From contig JAPVVG010000103.1 of NCBI GenBank assembly GCA_028571455.1, forward strand, positions 4,847 through 68,846: a DNA stretch of 64,000 nucleotides, given 5' to 3'. The translations under genes were made by a program, and so were the position numbers. Below, piece by piece: positions 54,369 through 63,956 of this stretch (position 1 is the first letter of the stretch; the number at the start of each line of letters is the position of its first letter). This DNA is from Desulfobacteraceae bacterium (lineage in GTDB: Bacteria; Desulfobacterota; Desulfobacteria; Desulfobacterales; ETH-SRB1). The notes beneath the pieces were generated by a model that was given only the letters and a program-made list of their open reading frames with translations, had not been told where the DNA came from and made no database searches.

Positions 54369-55505
54369 TCATTTTTTCACCACTTTCCACTTTTTTAATA
54401 CTCTCTCAATTTCAAGCACTTCCTTACACCCTTCTTTTGATTCTTTCCCCGTCAATACCAGATCCCACAGACGGCCGTTGGGGGTTAAAAGCCTTCTGGA
54501 AAAGTCGGGTTCGCCAAAGCCCGTTTTGCCGTAGTGCTTGTGAATTGTGTCTTTAAGAGGTTGGACCAGAGAGGTGTCGATTAAATCGAGTTCATCTAAA
54601 CGATATAAAAAAGCCTCTGCTGAAACACCAAAACGATGTTTGATGCGAAGCAAAAGTTCATATGACCAGTACTTTTTTTGAATCCCTAATTGTTCAACAG
54701 TATCGCTCACAGCCTTTGCAGGCATAAGAAAGGTAGCGGCAAAACGCCTTGCCGCACGATGTGCTGTAAACGGTTTTTCACATGAAGGATCGGGCGCACC
54801 ATCGGTTTGAAACAATTCCACGCCCTGCTGTATCGTGTGGGTCAGGATTAAGACCTTTCCCAATTCATAGACCAGGCAAAAAAGCTGACGTTCAGGATTT
54901 TTCCTGGCATTAAGAAAAAAGAATGCGTTCTGATTAGGTGGGTCATAATACGAAAAACTATGCACATCTTTAGACATTGGAACGACCACTACACGAAAAC
55001 CAAGGGTTTCAAACAGCTCAAAATAGTCAAAGACTATGCCGTGCTCGATTCCGGCAAAACAGCGCACCTTTTCCGAAAGCATTTCCATTCCCCTAATTGT
55101 AGGATCGAACGGAATAACAAGCGGAATATTTGCCCTTTTTTGCGCCCTGCAAATATCTTCAAGGGCACAAAACGCATCAATAATATCCTGGGCCATAATC
55201 CTGGTTTTAGCGGGCAGAGCTTCATGCTCTTTGTCGATTGCAACAAGAAAAGGATTTCGTGCTTTTTCATACTGAAGAGATCTGAAGTTTTGATTTTCCT
55301 CGGCAAAAAGCATATCCACAGAAACGCCCAACTCTTTTGACAGTCTGTAAATTACAGAAGCGGAAGGAGCATTTACACCGCGCTCAATTCTTCCTAAAGG
55401 CACTTCGCTCATTCCGACTTTTGCAGCCAGTTTAGCCATCGTCCAACTACGCTGCCGTCTAAGTTTACGGATATTTTTTCCGATGAAACCAAGATTGATT
55501 TTCAT
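54369..55505 (-). CDS. XRE-family HTH regulator fused to a degenerate ImmA/IrrE (DUF955)-like domain
   Basis: 378 aa. N-terminal HTH is RRQRSWTMAKLAAKVGMSEVPLGRIERG. The position of the HExxH metallopeptidase motif reads YELGK, so both His are absent. Confidence 0.65.
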   Translation of the reverse strand: MKINLGFIGKNIRKLRRQRSWTMAKLAAKVGMSEVPLGRIERGVNAPSASVIYRLSKELGVSVDMLFAEENQNFRSLQYEKARNPFLVAIDKEHEALPAKTRIMAQDIIDAFCALEDICRAQKRANIPLVIPFDPTIRGMEMLSEKVRCFAGIEHGIVFDYFELFETLGFRVVVVPMSKDVHSFSYYDPPNQNAFFFLNARKNPERQLFCLVYELGKVLILTHTIQQGVELFQTDGAPDPSCEKPFTAHRAARRFAATFLMPAKAVSDTVEQLGIQKKYWSYELLLRIKHRFGVSAEAFLYRLDELDLIDTSLVQPLKDTIHKHYGKTGFGEPDFSRRLLTPNGRLWDLVLTGKESKEGCKEVLEIERVLKKWKVVKK

Positions 55506-55513
55506 GTTTTTAT

Positions 55514-55561
55514 ATATTACTTTTTGGTCTTGTTTTTGTCAATATAATTTTTATATTGACA
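55514..55561 (-). promoter_or_regulatory. Putative sigma70 promoter with a 25-bp palindromic operator upstream of the XRE gene
   Basis: Minus strand reads TTGACA-17 nt-TAATAT. The perfect palindrome TGTCAATATAA-AAA-TTATATTGACA (55537-55561) includes the -35. Confidence 0.5.
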
Positions 55562-55827
55562 GATATATAGCACGAAATAGTTCTGGGATGGAGGAGGGAT
55601 AAGGTCGTGGTGAAAATAGCGCGAAAAGTATTATTAAAAACTGGTTGTTAATCCGTTATTATTCTATAATAACAAATAGTTGTAAATGTGTAAAAAGATA
55701 TGCGTCAGGCCTGACTTAAATATCAGCCTTGACCAAGATTTGGCGGATTTTGTTATTGCAAGCGCAAGAAGATGGCATGGAGAGCGAATTGTTGTATTGC
55801 TAACATTTATGGTGTATGGTTTTGCAA

Positions 55828-55984
55828 CTACTCACGTAGTCAGGCTGAAGCTGTTTAGACTGAAGGCTGAAGGGGTCAGAAGAGCACGATTGCCGTACTT
55901 TGGCGGAAATATCTAATTCTTGTACCAAACATGGCTTCAAAGTGCGCTTTTTCCTAACAATCTTCAGCCTATCCACCTGAGTAG
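55828..55984. mobile_element. MITE-like palindromic element, copy G2
   Basis: Near-identical to 23111-23274, with a few substitutions and one CTTCAGC word fewer. Confidence 0.7.
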
Positions 55985-56026
55985 TTACACGGTTTTAACA
56001 ATTTCCGATATAAAGGATGGCGAAAG

Positions 56027-57814
56027 ATGAAAAATATTGACACAAAAAGGAGGTCAAGCCTGCCCCCCAAAAGCCCTGAGACAGATGCCTGGTTTACGGC
56101 ATTTTTTATAGAAAACCATCTTGACTATTATACCTACCCCGACCATGTTTCCACACCTGAACAGATAAGATTCATTGTCTTTACTACTGAAGAAGATGAG
56201 CGGTATTATCCATGTTCAGATCGCATGTTTGAAGCCATCATGAACAGAAACCAATCGGAATTTTTACAGAAAAATTATCATGAGATTTTGCAAAAAATAC
56301 TTAAACTTATTGACAGCCAAATAGAGAATAAAGACGAGAAGGCCTATCTTGAATCGCTGATTAAAATCAAGTACCAGCATGAAACAAGGGATGAAATCAT
56401 GATACCATCCCGCCTTGAAAAGCGCCTGCTGGGAATCTTCTTAAACCGCACCCAGATTGAAGACCCTTACATTTGTGAAAAAGCCCTGCGAAATAGCCGC
56501 TCAAACAAAGCATTAAGCTCAGATGCCTTAATCAATGCCATGAATCATGGAGCTATCATTGATCCCAAAAAGCCCCCTTCAACCATTTCGGGCATTAAAA
56601 AAATTTTGCATTATCTGGAATTAGAGAGATTTCTTTGTCTGTCTATGGAACACTCTCTGTGGGAGTCTGATAAAGCCGCGGGCTACACGCAAAATGATTA
56701 CCTTGGCTTTTTTAACCGCCGGTTGTCCGGCAACGGCGTCGAGCCTCTGTTTGACTTTTTGGGCGCTCAGGACAAGGAAAAATCTCTACCCAAAAAAATA
56801 CTATGGTTAGCGGATGAATCAGGAGAGATTATGGTGGATCTTGCCATAATTAATTATCTTGCAAACTTAGGGCATAAAATCATTATTGCTTTCAAAGATG
56901 GACCCTTTTTTACCAAAGTCGATTATTATGACGCTGTTGAAGATGAAATGTTGGGCGAAAAGCTTAAAGGGGCATTATTTATTTCTGAAAAAAACCTTGG
57001 GAAAAATGAACTCGCAAATATGTTGAAAAGCGATAAAAATATCACTGTCATATCTGACGGAACACGTGAAAATCTCAACCTCCTTCTTTCATCTACAACA
57101 TTTGCCAGAATTTTCAAAGAGGTTGACGGTGTAATATCCAGAGGTCATGATCAAAGGCGGCGCTTCTTTGACACTCATTTTCAATTTACTCAAAACATAT
57201 ATAATATTTCAGCAGGTGATAAAGGGTCGGTTTTAATCAGCTTCAAACCTAAGCATCCCGCAGTAATAAAATTTTCTCATGCAGACCTTGAAGATAAAGC
57301 TAAAACAATTATTGACCAGATGAAAGAGGCCGGGGAAAAAGGGATGACGGTAATATTTTACAGTGGAATTATCGGTTCCATACCGGGCAAGATAGAAATG
57401 GCAAAGAAAATAATGTCTGTTTCCATCAATCTCCTCAGGGAACAGTTTGCAATGACCTTTATAATAAATCCTTCGGAATATTATGAGCCTGGGATGGATG
57501 CGGATGACCTTATATATATGTGGGAAATCGTCCAGAGAAGCGGCTTTATAGATATATGGCGATTTCAGACATATGGGGATATTGTTCATACGTTTCAGAG
57601 TATGGATAAAAAGGTCCCGCCTGAATGGGTGGGCAAGGATGCCACATTCAGTACAGGATGCACAAAAGAAATGAAAATCGCGCTTGAAGTGCAGCAGAAA
57701 TATCCGGAAATGCAAATTATCGGGCCGCCACAAGAAAGGTTCATGAGGCGCAAAGAGTACGGCATAGGCAAGATGTATGATCAAAGGCTAAGTGAAATCT
57801 GCCGGCAGAAATAA
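56027..57814 (+). CDS. Hypothetical protein (possible degenerate DUF89/ARMT1-like region)
   Basis: 595-aa ORF. The segment ILWLADESGEIMVDLAIINYLANLGHKIIIAFKDGPFFTKV loosely recalls the DUF89 core. Weak. Confidence 0.5.
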   Translation: MKNIDTKRRSSLPPKSPETDAWFTAFFIENHLDYYTYPDHVSTPEQIRFIVFTTEEDERYYPCSDRMFEAIMNRNQSEFLQKNYHEILQKILKLIDSQIENKDEKAYLESLIKIKYQHETRDEIMIPSRLEKRLLGIFLNRTQIEDPYICEKALRNSRSNKALSSDALINAMNHGAIIDPKKPPSTISGIKKILHYLELERFLCLSMEHSLWESDKAAGYTQNDYLGFFNRRLSGNGVEPLFDFLGAQDKEKSLPKKILWLADESGEIMVDLAIINYLANLGHKIIIAFKDGPFFTKVDYYDAVEDEMLGEKLKGALFISEKNLGKNELANMLKSDKNITVISDGTRENLNLLLSSTTFARIFKEVDGVISRGHDQRRRFFDTHFQFTQNIYNISAGDKGSVLISFKPKHPAVIKFSHADLEDKAKTIIDQMKEAGEKGMTVIFYSGIIGSIPGKIEMAKKIMSVSINLLREQFAMTFIINPSEYYEPGMDADDLIYMWEIVQRSGFIDIWRFQTYGDIVHTFQSMDKKVPPEWVGKDATFSTGCTKEMKIALEVQQKYPEMQIIGPPQERFMRRKEYGIGKMYDQRLSEICRQK

Positions 57815-58044
57815 GTCAGAAGTCGGAAGTCAGAGGTCAGAGGTCAGAGGTCAGAGGCCGGATGTCGGATGTCGGATGTCAGATGTCAGAGGCCAGAAAA
57901 ACAGCAACTCAATACCCATGAACCTCTGTTTCTCATTGGGTATTTGTTTTTCATTCGATGTTGGACGTTCGATGTTCGATGTTGGACGTTCATCTTTTAA
58001 TATGTGTTGGAGGTTCCCTGGTTCCCACGCTCCTGCGTGGGAAC
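57815..58044. repeat. Simple-word repeat tracts and palindromes
   Basis: Heptamer tracts (GTCAGAG/GTCGGAT)n at 57815-57896. Hairpin CAATACCCA...TGGGTATTG at 57910-57944. (GATGTTGGACGTTC)n at 57954-57991. GTTCCCACGCTCCTGCGTGGGAAC at 58021-58044, also present inside D1. Confidence 0.8.
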
Positions 58045-58093
58045 GAGAAAAAGGCTAACGGCTAATCGCTCAATTTAGTTATAGGATGGCGAA

Positions 58094-59113
58094 TTGGAAT
58101 TTACGATAATCATCAAAATCTGCATAATATTTTTTCTGCTTATTTTTTCAGGTTTTTTCTCTGGATCGGAAACCGCTCTGTTTTCTCTTTCGCTAATGCA
58201 GCGTGAACGCATAAGAAGAAGCAAAAGTAAAAGAGCCGCCGTGATTGACAGGCTTCTTATGCATCCGAAACAGCTTATAATTACAATCCTTATGGGCAAC
58301 GATCTTGTAAATATAGCCGCATCTGTTGTAGCAACATATCTCTTTATATCCATATTAGGCGAACACGGCAAATGGGCTGCAATTATTATCATGACCCCTT
58401 TGACCCTGTTATTTGCCGAGGTTATACCAAAAACATTTTCAGTGGCCCATAATGAGCGTGTTGCCCCTTTTGTATCAGGACCTCTTTACCTGTTTTCAAA
58501 ACTAATTACTCCTTTGCGGTGGATTTTCAATGAGTCGGCGAATTTAATAATCAAATTTTCAGGCTTTGAAAAACAAAAAGCTCCAGCCACAATCATGGAG
58601 GATGATTTCCGCGACATGGTTGATCTGAGTCACAAAGAAGGCGAGCTGAAAAAGATGGAAAAGGAGCTTATCCACAATGTTTTCGAGTTTAGCGACACCC
58701 ATCTCTTTGAAGTCATGACTCCCGTGGAAAAAATGTTCTGCCTGACGGAAGATATGGATATAGACACCATTTTAAAACATATTAAGAAGACCCCTTTTTC
58801 CAGGATACCGGTTTGCAAAGAAACTGCGGATAAAATCACTGGAATTCTTTATGTAAAGGATCTGTTAAAGGTTAAAATTAAAAAGATCGGCGGGCAAACA
58901 AAACCTTTGCCAAAAATATGCAGAAAACCTTTTTTTATACCAGAGACAAAAATGGTTGATGAACTCTTTTATATCTTAAAGCAAAAACATACACATATTG
59001 CCATCTGCCTGAATGAGCAGGGAATGGTTTCAGGGCTTGTCACAATGGAAGACCTTTTAGAAGAACTCTTTGGTGAAATCTATGATGAACATGATATGGG
59101 TGGAGCCCGATGA
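58094..59113 (+). CDS. CNNM/DUF21 transporter with CBS pair (no CorC_HlyC tail)
   Basis: 339 aa. The N-terminal DUF21 TM region (FFSGSETALFS) is followed by a CBS pair and ends after LLEELFGEIYDEHD. Confidence 0.8.
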   Translation: MEFTIIIKICIIFFLLIFSGFFSGSETALFSLSLMQRERIRRSKSKRAAVIDRLLMHPKQLIITILMGNDLVNIAASVVATYLFISILGEHGKWAAIIIMTPLTLLFAEVIPKTFSVAHNERVAPFVSGPLYLFSKLITPLRWIFNESANLIIKFSGFEKQKAPATIMEDDFRDMVDLSHKEGELKKMEKELIHNVFEFSDTHLFEVMTPVEKMFCLTEDMDIDTILKHIKKTPFSRIPVCKETADKITGILYVKDLLKVKIKKIGGQTKPLPKICRKPFFIPETKMVDELFYILKQKHTHIAICLNEQGMVSGLVTMEDLLEELFGEIYDEHDMGGAR

Positions 59114-60345
59114 TTAGCCTGAATATAATTATAATAGCTCTTTGCATCCTTATTCAGGCCTTTTTTTCCGGCTCTGAGATGGCGCTGATAGCCTCAAATA
59201 AGCTAAAACTCAGGCAAGAGATTGCAAAAGGGTCAAAAGGGGCCAGGCTTGCGCTAAATATGATTAACAACCAGCAATGGTTCCTTGCGAGTACCAGCAC
59301 AGGAACAAATATGTTCGTGATAATATCCTCAGTTATCGCTGCTACATGGTTTCATCACTTTTTCGAAATCTATGGCGAGCCCTTGACAATTGTTATCATG
59401 TCTCCCGTGCTTTTGATGTTTGGAGAAATAATCCCAAGAACACTTTTCCAGCAAAATGCAACGAAAATCGCTCCAAGGATCGCTAAGACCCTATGGGTAG
59501 CATCACGTATTATATCGCCTGTTACATATCTGGTTTTTTGGGCCAGCAGGCTGTTTTACGGCCGCTTAGGACAGGAAGCCTTTAAAAAACAACATCTTAT
59601 CACCAGAGAGGATCTGGCGCTAATACTAAGGGTGTCCGGCGAAGAAAGCGATCTTCAGAAAAAAGAAAAAAAACTCATACACAGGGTTTTTCATCTTGCT
59701 GAATCGGATGTTGCTGACGTCATGGTTCCTCTAATTAATGTCACAGCCATACCAGACACAGCCATTGTAGAGGATGCCATAAAAATAATCAGCCAGACCG
59801 GCTATTCCAAACTCCCGGTGTTCAAAGATAGAATTGACAACCTTACAGGCGTTATATTTGCCCGAGATCTACTTGACGTCCCCGACACCCTGGCAAAGAT
59901 CGGTCAGTTTATGCGCAAGGCGGTTTTTGTGCCTGAACTTAAAAGGGCTGATGATCTTCTGCTTTCGTTCCAGAAAACCCATGACTCCATTGCAATCGTT
60001 GTTGATGAATATGGCGGAGCTGTGGGAATTATTACACTTGAAGATATTCTTGAAGAGGTTGTTGGGGAAATCCGAGATGAATATGATATGGAAACAGGCC
60101 AGTTTGTCAGGCTTGGCGAAAACCGGTTCCTGGTAAATGCTGCAATGGAAATCGAGCGTGCCAACGAAAAAATGAATCTTAATCTGCCCAAAGAAGATTA
60201 TGAAACCATTGGAGGATTTCTTCTGAAACAGATGGGGAAAATCCCGAAAAAGGGAGAAGCATTAATATACAAAAATGTAAAATATACCGTCATGCAATCA
60301 AGCAACAGGGCAATTAACGAAATTCTTATAGAGAAGGTTGTTTAG
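59110..60345 (+). CDS. Hemolysin/CorC-family transporter (DUF21 + CBS pair + CorC_HlyC)
   Basis: 411 aa with FFSGSEMALIA, a CBS pair, ILEEVVGEIRDEYD and a C-terminal transporter-associated domain. It overlaps the upstream paralog by 4 nt. Confidence 0.85.
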   Translation: MISLNIIIIALCILIQAFFSGSEMALIASNKLKLRQEIAKGSKGARLALNMINNQQWFLASTSTGTNMFVIISSVIAATWFHHFFEIYGEPLTIVIMSPVLLMFGEIIPRTLFQQNATKIAPRIAKTLWVASRIISPVTYLVFWASRLFYGRLGQEAFKKQHLITREDLALILRVSGEESDLQKKEKKLIHRVFHLAESDVADVMVPLINVTAIPDTAIVEDAIKIISQTGYSKLPVFKDRIDNLTGVIFARDLLDVPDTLAKIGQFMRKAVFVPELKRADDLLLSFQKTHDSIAIVVDEYGGAVGIITLEDILEEVVGEIRDEYDMETGQFVRLGENRFLVNAAMEIERANEKMNLNLPKEDYETIGGFLLKQMGKIPKKGEALIYKNVKYTVMQSSNRAINEILIEKVV

Positions 60346-60792
60346 ACTGTAGGCTGTTAGGCTGAAGGCTGTTAGTTTTTGCGCATTGATCGAAGCAAAG
60401 CGGCCAAAACCTTTTCGGTCTCCACAATTTTTGATTCGCAGCCGGAAATGTCATGTTCATCAAAATACCCCAGACGTTTTGACAAGCCAAACTGGTAATG
60501 CAACTCCCTTAAGGAACCGAACGCAATTTCAAGAAAGCGGAGATACTCGACCTGACTCTCACGTGCGCACCCTTCAACGATGTTTGATGGAACTGAAACT
60601 GCCGCTCTTCTCATTTGGGAAGTCAAGCCATATATTTCCTCCTTCGGAAATTTCCTGGTTGCTCGATAGATCAGAAGCGCCACTTCGTCAGCCAGTTCAA
60701 ACGCTCTGAGCTTAGTATGATCACGCATCCTCACCCCCCTAACAGCCTACAGCCTAACAGCCTTCAGCCTATCCAACTAACAGCCTAACAGC
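60346..60792. mobile_element. Intact palindromic cassette: four-helix-bundle gene flanked by inverted simple-word arms
   Basis: Left arm is GACTGTAGGCTGTTAGGCTGAAGGCTGTTAG (60346-60376). Right arm is CTAACAGCCTACAGCCTAACAGCCTTCAGCC... (60739-60792), its reverse complement. Confidence 0.75.
60372..60734 (-). CDS. Four-helix-bundle protein (23S rRNA intervening-sequence protein family, PF05635-like)
   Basis: 120 aa with RAAVSVPSNIVEGCARES...FLEIAFGSLRELHYQ, the family signature. Confidence 0.85.
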   Translation of the reverse strand: MRMRDHTKLRAFELADEVALLIYRATRKFPKEEIYGLTSQMRRAAVSVPSNIVEGCARESQVEYLRFLEIAFGSLRELHYQFGLSKRLGYFDEHDISGCESKIVETEKVLAALLRSMRKN

Positions 60793-61356
60793 CTATTCCT
60801 TAACCCGCTCAACATATTGACCTGTTCTGGTATCTATCCTGACAAGCTCCCCCTCCTCAACAAATGGAGGCGCCTGCACAAGAAAACCTGTCTCAAGTGT
60901 TGCCGGTTTCGTGCTCCCTGCCGCGGTATCACCTTTGACCCAGGGATCGGTTTTAATAATCCTTAGATCGACAAAGTTGGGAAGCGATATGCCGATCGGT
61001 TTGCCTTTAAAAAAAAGCACATTGCAAACAGTATTTTCTTTTAAGAATTTCATCGACTCATCAACATGCTCTTTGGCTAAAAACTCCTGATCATATGTAG
61101 ATGTGTTCATGAAACAGTAACCGTTATTATCCGAATAGAGATATTCCATTTCATGCTCTTCAAGGTTTGCCTCTTTGAATTTTTCGCCTGATCTAAATGT
61201 TCGGTCAAACTGAACCCCTGTAAGCATGTTTTTTAACTTACACTTATAAAGAGCCTTCCCTTTACCCGGTTTTACAAAGGCAAATTGAACTATTATATAT
61301 GGTTCTTCATCCAACTCAATTTTAAGACCTTTTCTCAGGTCACCGCTTTCAAGCAC
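60793..61356 (-). CDS. efp: Elongation factor P
   Basis: 187 aa with the conserved loop VKPGKGKALYKCKLKN. Confidence 0.95.
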   Translation of the reverse strand: MLESGDLRKGLKIELDEEPYIIVQFAFVKPGKGKALYKCKLKNMLTGVQFDRTFRSGEKFKEANLEEHEMEYLYSDNNGYCFMNTSTYDQEFLAKEHVDESMKFLKENTVCNVLFFKGKPIGISLPNFVDLRIIKTDPWVKGDTAAGSTKPATLETGFLVQAPPFVEEGELVRIDTRTGQYVERVKE

Positions 61357-61624
61357 TTATGCCTCCTTATTAAAAGATGAACGTCCAATCCGCCAAAGGG
61401 CTCTGGCGGAAACATTGAACGTCCAACGTCGAATAATGATGTCGCTCCGCTCCGCCAGTTTATAGATTGGCAGAATACCTTATTCAAAATTCGATGTTGG
61501 ACGTTCGACCTGCCCGCAATGCCTTTGGGTGGTCTTGGTAGAATGTCCTGGTGTCTCGGCCCGGTGACAATGATCATGCCACCATCGTTTGTGATGCATG
61601 GCAGGCGGGTGTTCGATGTTCATT
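61357..61624. repeat. Palindromic simple-word element (GAACGTCCAA / TTGGACGTTC arms)
   Basis: GATGAACGTCCAA and TGAACGTCCAACGTCGAA lie on the left. TTCGATGTTGGACGTTCGA and GTGTTCGATGTTCAT lie on the right. The same words occur at 57954-57991. Confidence 0.7.
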
Positions 61625-62419
61625 TTATTTAATATCCTCCTCAATAATAGTCCCGGGCGGTGGCACAGCGATTTTTTCTGCGGGCTTTTTGGGGGGAGGT
61701 GGCTTTGCTGGAGCCGCAACTGACGACATGCTCATTTCGATCTTCTTTATCCTTTTCCGGATAGATTTGAGCTTATTTGCCAAATCATCTGCAATCTGTT
61801 TTAGGTTTTGCTCATAAATCTTCTGCTTACTATTGAGAGCATTGTCAAGCGCCTTTCTGTCAATCTTGGCGGAAGAAAGTAGGGATATATCCGCCTGCAC
61901 TTTATTTAAATCATTTTTTACCTTATCAAATTCTTTTCCGAAATTTGTCAGGTTCTTATCAAGGGCTTTGGTTTTGGATGCAGTATTTTTCAAATCCTTG
62001 CGGACAGGGCCTAACCCCTTCTCGATACCGGCTATGGCCCCTTTTAGTATTTTATTATCGGCCTTTCTTGCTGATCTGATATACCTTATGGCAGTAGTAG
62101 CCTCTTTTAATTCCACCTCAATCTTTTTTACAAGCATGTCTTCGAGTTTTGCCTGTTTTTCCGACACTGAGGCTATCCTTGATCCCAGATCCTGAGAAAC
62201 GACCTCGCCGCTGGAGTGCATGCTGCCTACCCTCTTCTTGATATCAAAATAAGCAACAAATAGAATAACGGCAATCAGACAGGGAATCAAAATTGATACA
62301 AACGTAATCCTCTGGCTTAATTTTTCAATGCGACGATCCTTGATTTCTTCTTCAAACCCGGTATCCGGGCTCTGGTCATCAATGCGTATCCTGAATTTTG
62401 TGGGGTCTTTTTCAGCCAT
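61625..62419 (-). CDS. Hypothetical membrane-anchored coiled-coil protein with Pro-rich C-terminus
   Basis: 264 aa with one TM helix (FVSILIPCLIAVILFVAYF), a long heptad-like region and a C-terminal PAKPPPPKKPAEK. Confidence 0.6.
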   Translation of the reverse strand: MAEKDPTKFRIRIDDQSPDTGFEEEIKDRRIEKLSQRITFVSILIPCLIAVILFVAYFDIKKRVGSMHSSGEVVSQDLGSRIASVSEKQAKLEDMLVKKIEVELKEATTAIRYIRSARKADNKILKGAIAGIEKGLGPVRKDLKNTASKTKALDKNLTNFGKEFDKVKNDLNKVQADISLLSSAKIDRKALDNALNSKQKIYEQNLKQIADDLANKLKSIRKRIKKIEMSMSSVAAPAKPPPPKKPAEKIAVPPPGTIIEEDIK

Positions 62420-62426
62420 TAACTAT

Positions 62427-63956
62427 TTATTCCCATTCAATTGTACTCGGCGGCTTTGAGCTTATGTCGTAAACCACCCTGTTTATTCCTTTTACCTCAT
62501 TTATTATCCTGTTCGCAATAACGCCTAAAAGCCTGTGAGGCAGTTTAGCCCAGTCTGCGGTCATGGCATCTTTGCTTGTAACAGCCCTGACAGCAATAAT
62601 GTTTTCATAGGTTCGCATATCTCCCATTACACCAACAGTCTTAATGGGCAGCAGCACTGCAAATGACTGCCATAATTTTTTATAATATCCGCTGTTTTTT
62701 ATTTCTTCAAGCAAAATATGGTCGGCATTTCTCAGCATTAAAAGGCGCCTCTTGGTTATCTTTCCGATTATCCTGACGCCAAGACCGGGTCCTGGAAACG
62801 GTTGACGCCATATCAATTCTTCAGGAAGACCTATTTCCCTGCCTAACAAACGCACTTCATCCTTGAACAAAAATTTTAACGGCTCAACAAGCTTGAGCTT
62901 CATTTTCTTTGGAAGAGCGCCGACATTATGGTGCGATTTAATAACCGCTGTGGGCCCGCCAAAGGCGGATATAGACTCAATAACGTCAGGATACAGGGTT
63001 CCCTGGGCTAAATAATCAACCCCTTTTATCTTTTTGGCTTCGGCCTCAAAGACCTCTATAAAGATTTTGCCGATAATTTTTCTCTTTTTTTCAGGACTGG
63101 TAACCCCGGCCAGATTATTCAAAAATTTACTTGCGGCATTTACAAACCGCATATTAATTCCTAAATGCTCTTTTAAGCTTTTTTTCAGCTCGTTAGCTTC
63201 ATCCTTTCTAAGAAGACCGTTATCTACAAATATACATGTAAGATTTTCACCAACAGCCTTGTGTATAAGCATGGCTGTAACAGAGGAATCAACGCCGCCG
63301 CTTAAACCTAAAATAACCTTTTTGTCCTTTATTGTTTCTTTGATTTGAGCAATCGAATCTCTGGCAAACGATTTCATTGTCCAGGTCCGTTTGCATCCAC
63401 ATATATCAAAAAGAAAGTTGCTAAGCATTATGGCGCCCCGAGGAGTATGACTGACCTCCGGATGGAACTGGAAGCCGTAAAGATTCTTTTTGCTATGGGC
63501 AGTTGCGGCTATTTTTGTGTTTTCAGTTGAAGCGGTTATTCTAAAACCTTTCGGCAGATTCTCAATCGAATCGCCATGGCTCATCCAGCATTGCGTCCTT
63601 TTGTCCACCTTCCTGAAAAGATCGGCCTGTTGTTTGATTCGCAGCTCAGCAAGGCCGTATTCCCGTTTTTCGGCCCTTTTTACGGTTCCGCCAAGCGCAT
63701 CAATCATAAACTGCATGCCATAACATATTCCAAGCACAGGAATGCCAAGATCAAAAATTGCCTTGTCGGTTTTAGGACTATTTTTCTCATATATGCTTGA
63801 AGGCCCCCCTGATAATATTATCCCTTTTGGATTAAGTGATCTTATGTAATCAGGGTTGACATCAGGCGGCTCAATCTGACAAAAAACATGCCATTCCCGC
63901 ACTCGTCGCGCTATTAACTGGTTATACTGCGAGCCAAAATCGATAATTAGTATCAT
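62427..63956 (-). CDS. guaA: GMP synthase (glutamine-hydrolysing)
   Basis: 509 aa with a GATase domain (GICYGMQ), the ATP-PPase motif SGGVDSS and the C-terminal IEWE. Confidence 0.95.
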   Translation of the reverse strand: MILIIDFGSQYNQLIARRVREWHVFCQIEPPDVNPDYIRSLNPKGIILSGGPSSIYEKNSPKTDKAIFDLGIPVLGICYGMQFMIDALGGTVKRAEKREYGLAELRIKQQADLFRKVDKRTQCWMSHGDSIENLPKGFRITASTENTKIAATAHSKKNLYGFQFHPEVSHTPRGAIMLSNFLFDICGCKRTWTMKSFARDSIAQIKETIKDKKVILGLSGGVDSSVTAMLIHKAVGENLTCIFVDNGLLRKDEANELKKSLKEHLGINMRFVNAASKFLNNLAGVTSPEKKRKIIGKIFIEVFEAEAKKIKGVDYLAQGTLYPDVIESISAFGGPTAVIKSHHNVGALPKKMKLKLVEPLKFLFKDEVRLLGREIGLPEELIWRQPFPGPGLGVRIIGKITKRRLLMLRNADHILLEEIKNSGYYKKLWQSFAVLLPIKTVGVMGDMRTYENIIAVRAVTSKDAMTADWAKLPHRLLGVIANRIINEVKGINRVVYDISSKPPSTIEWE

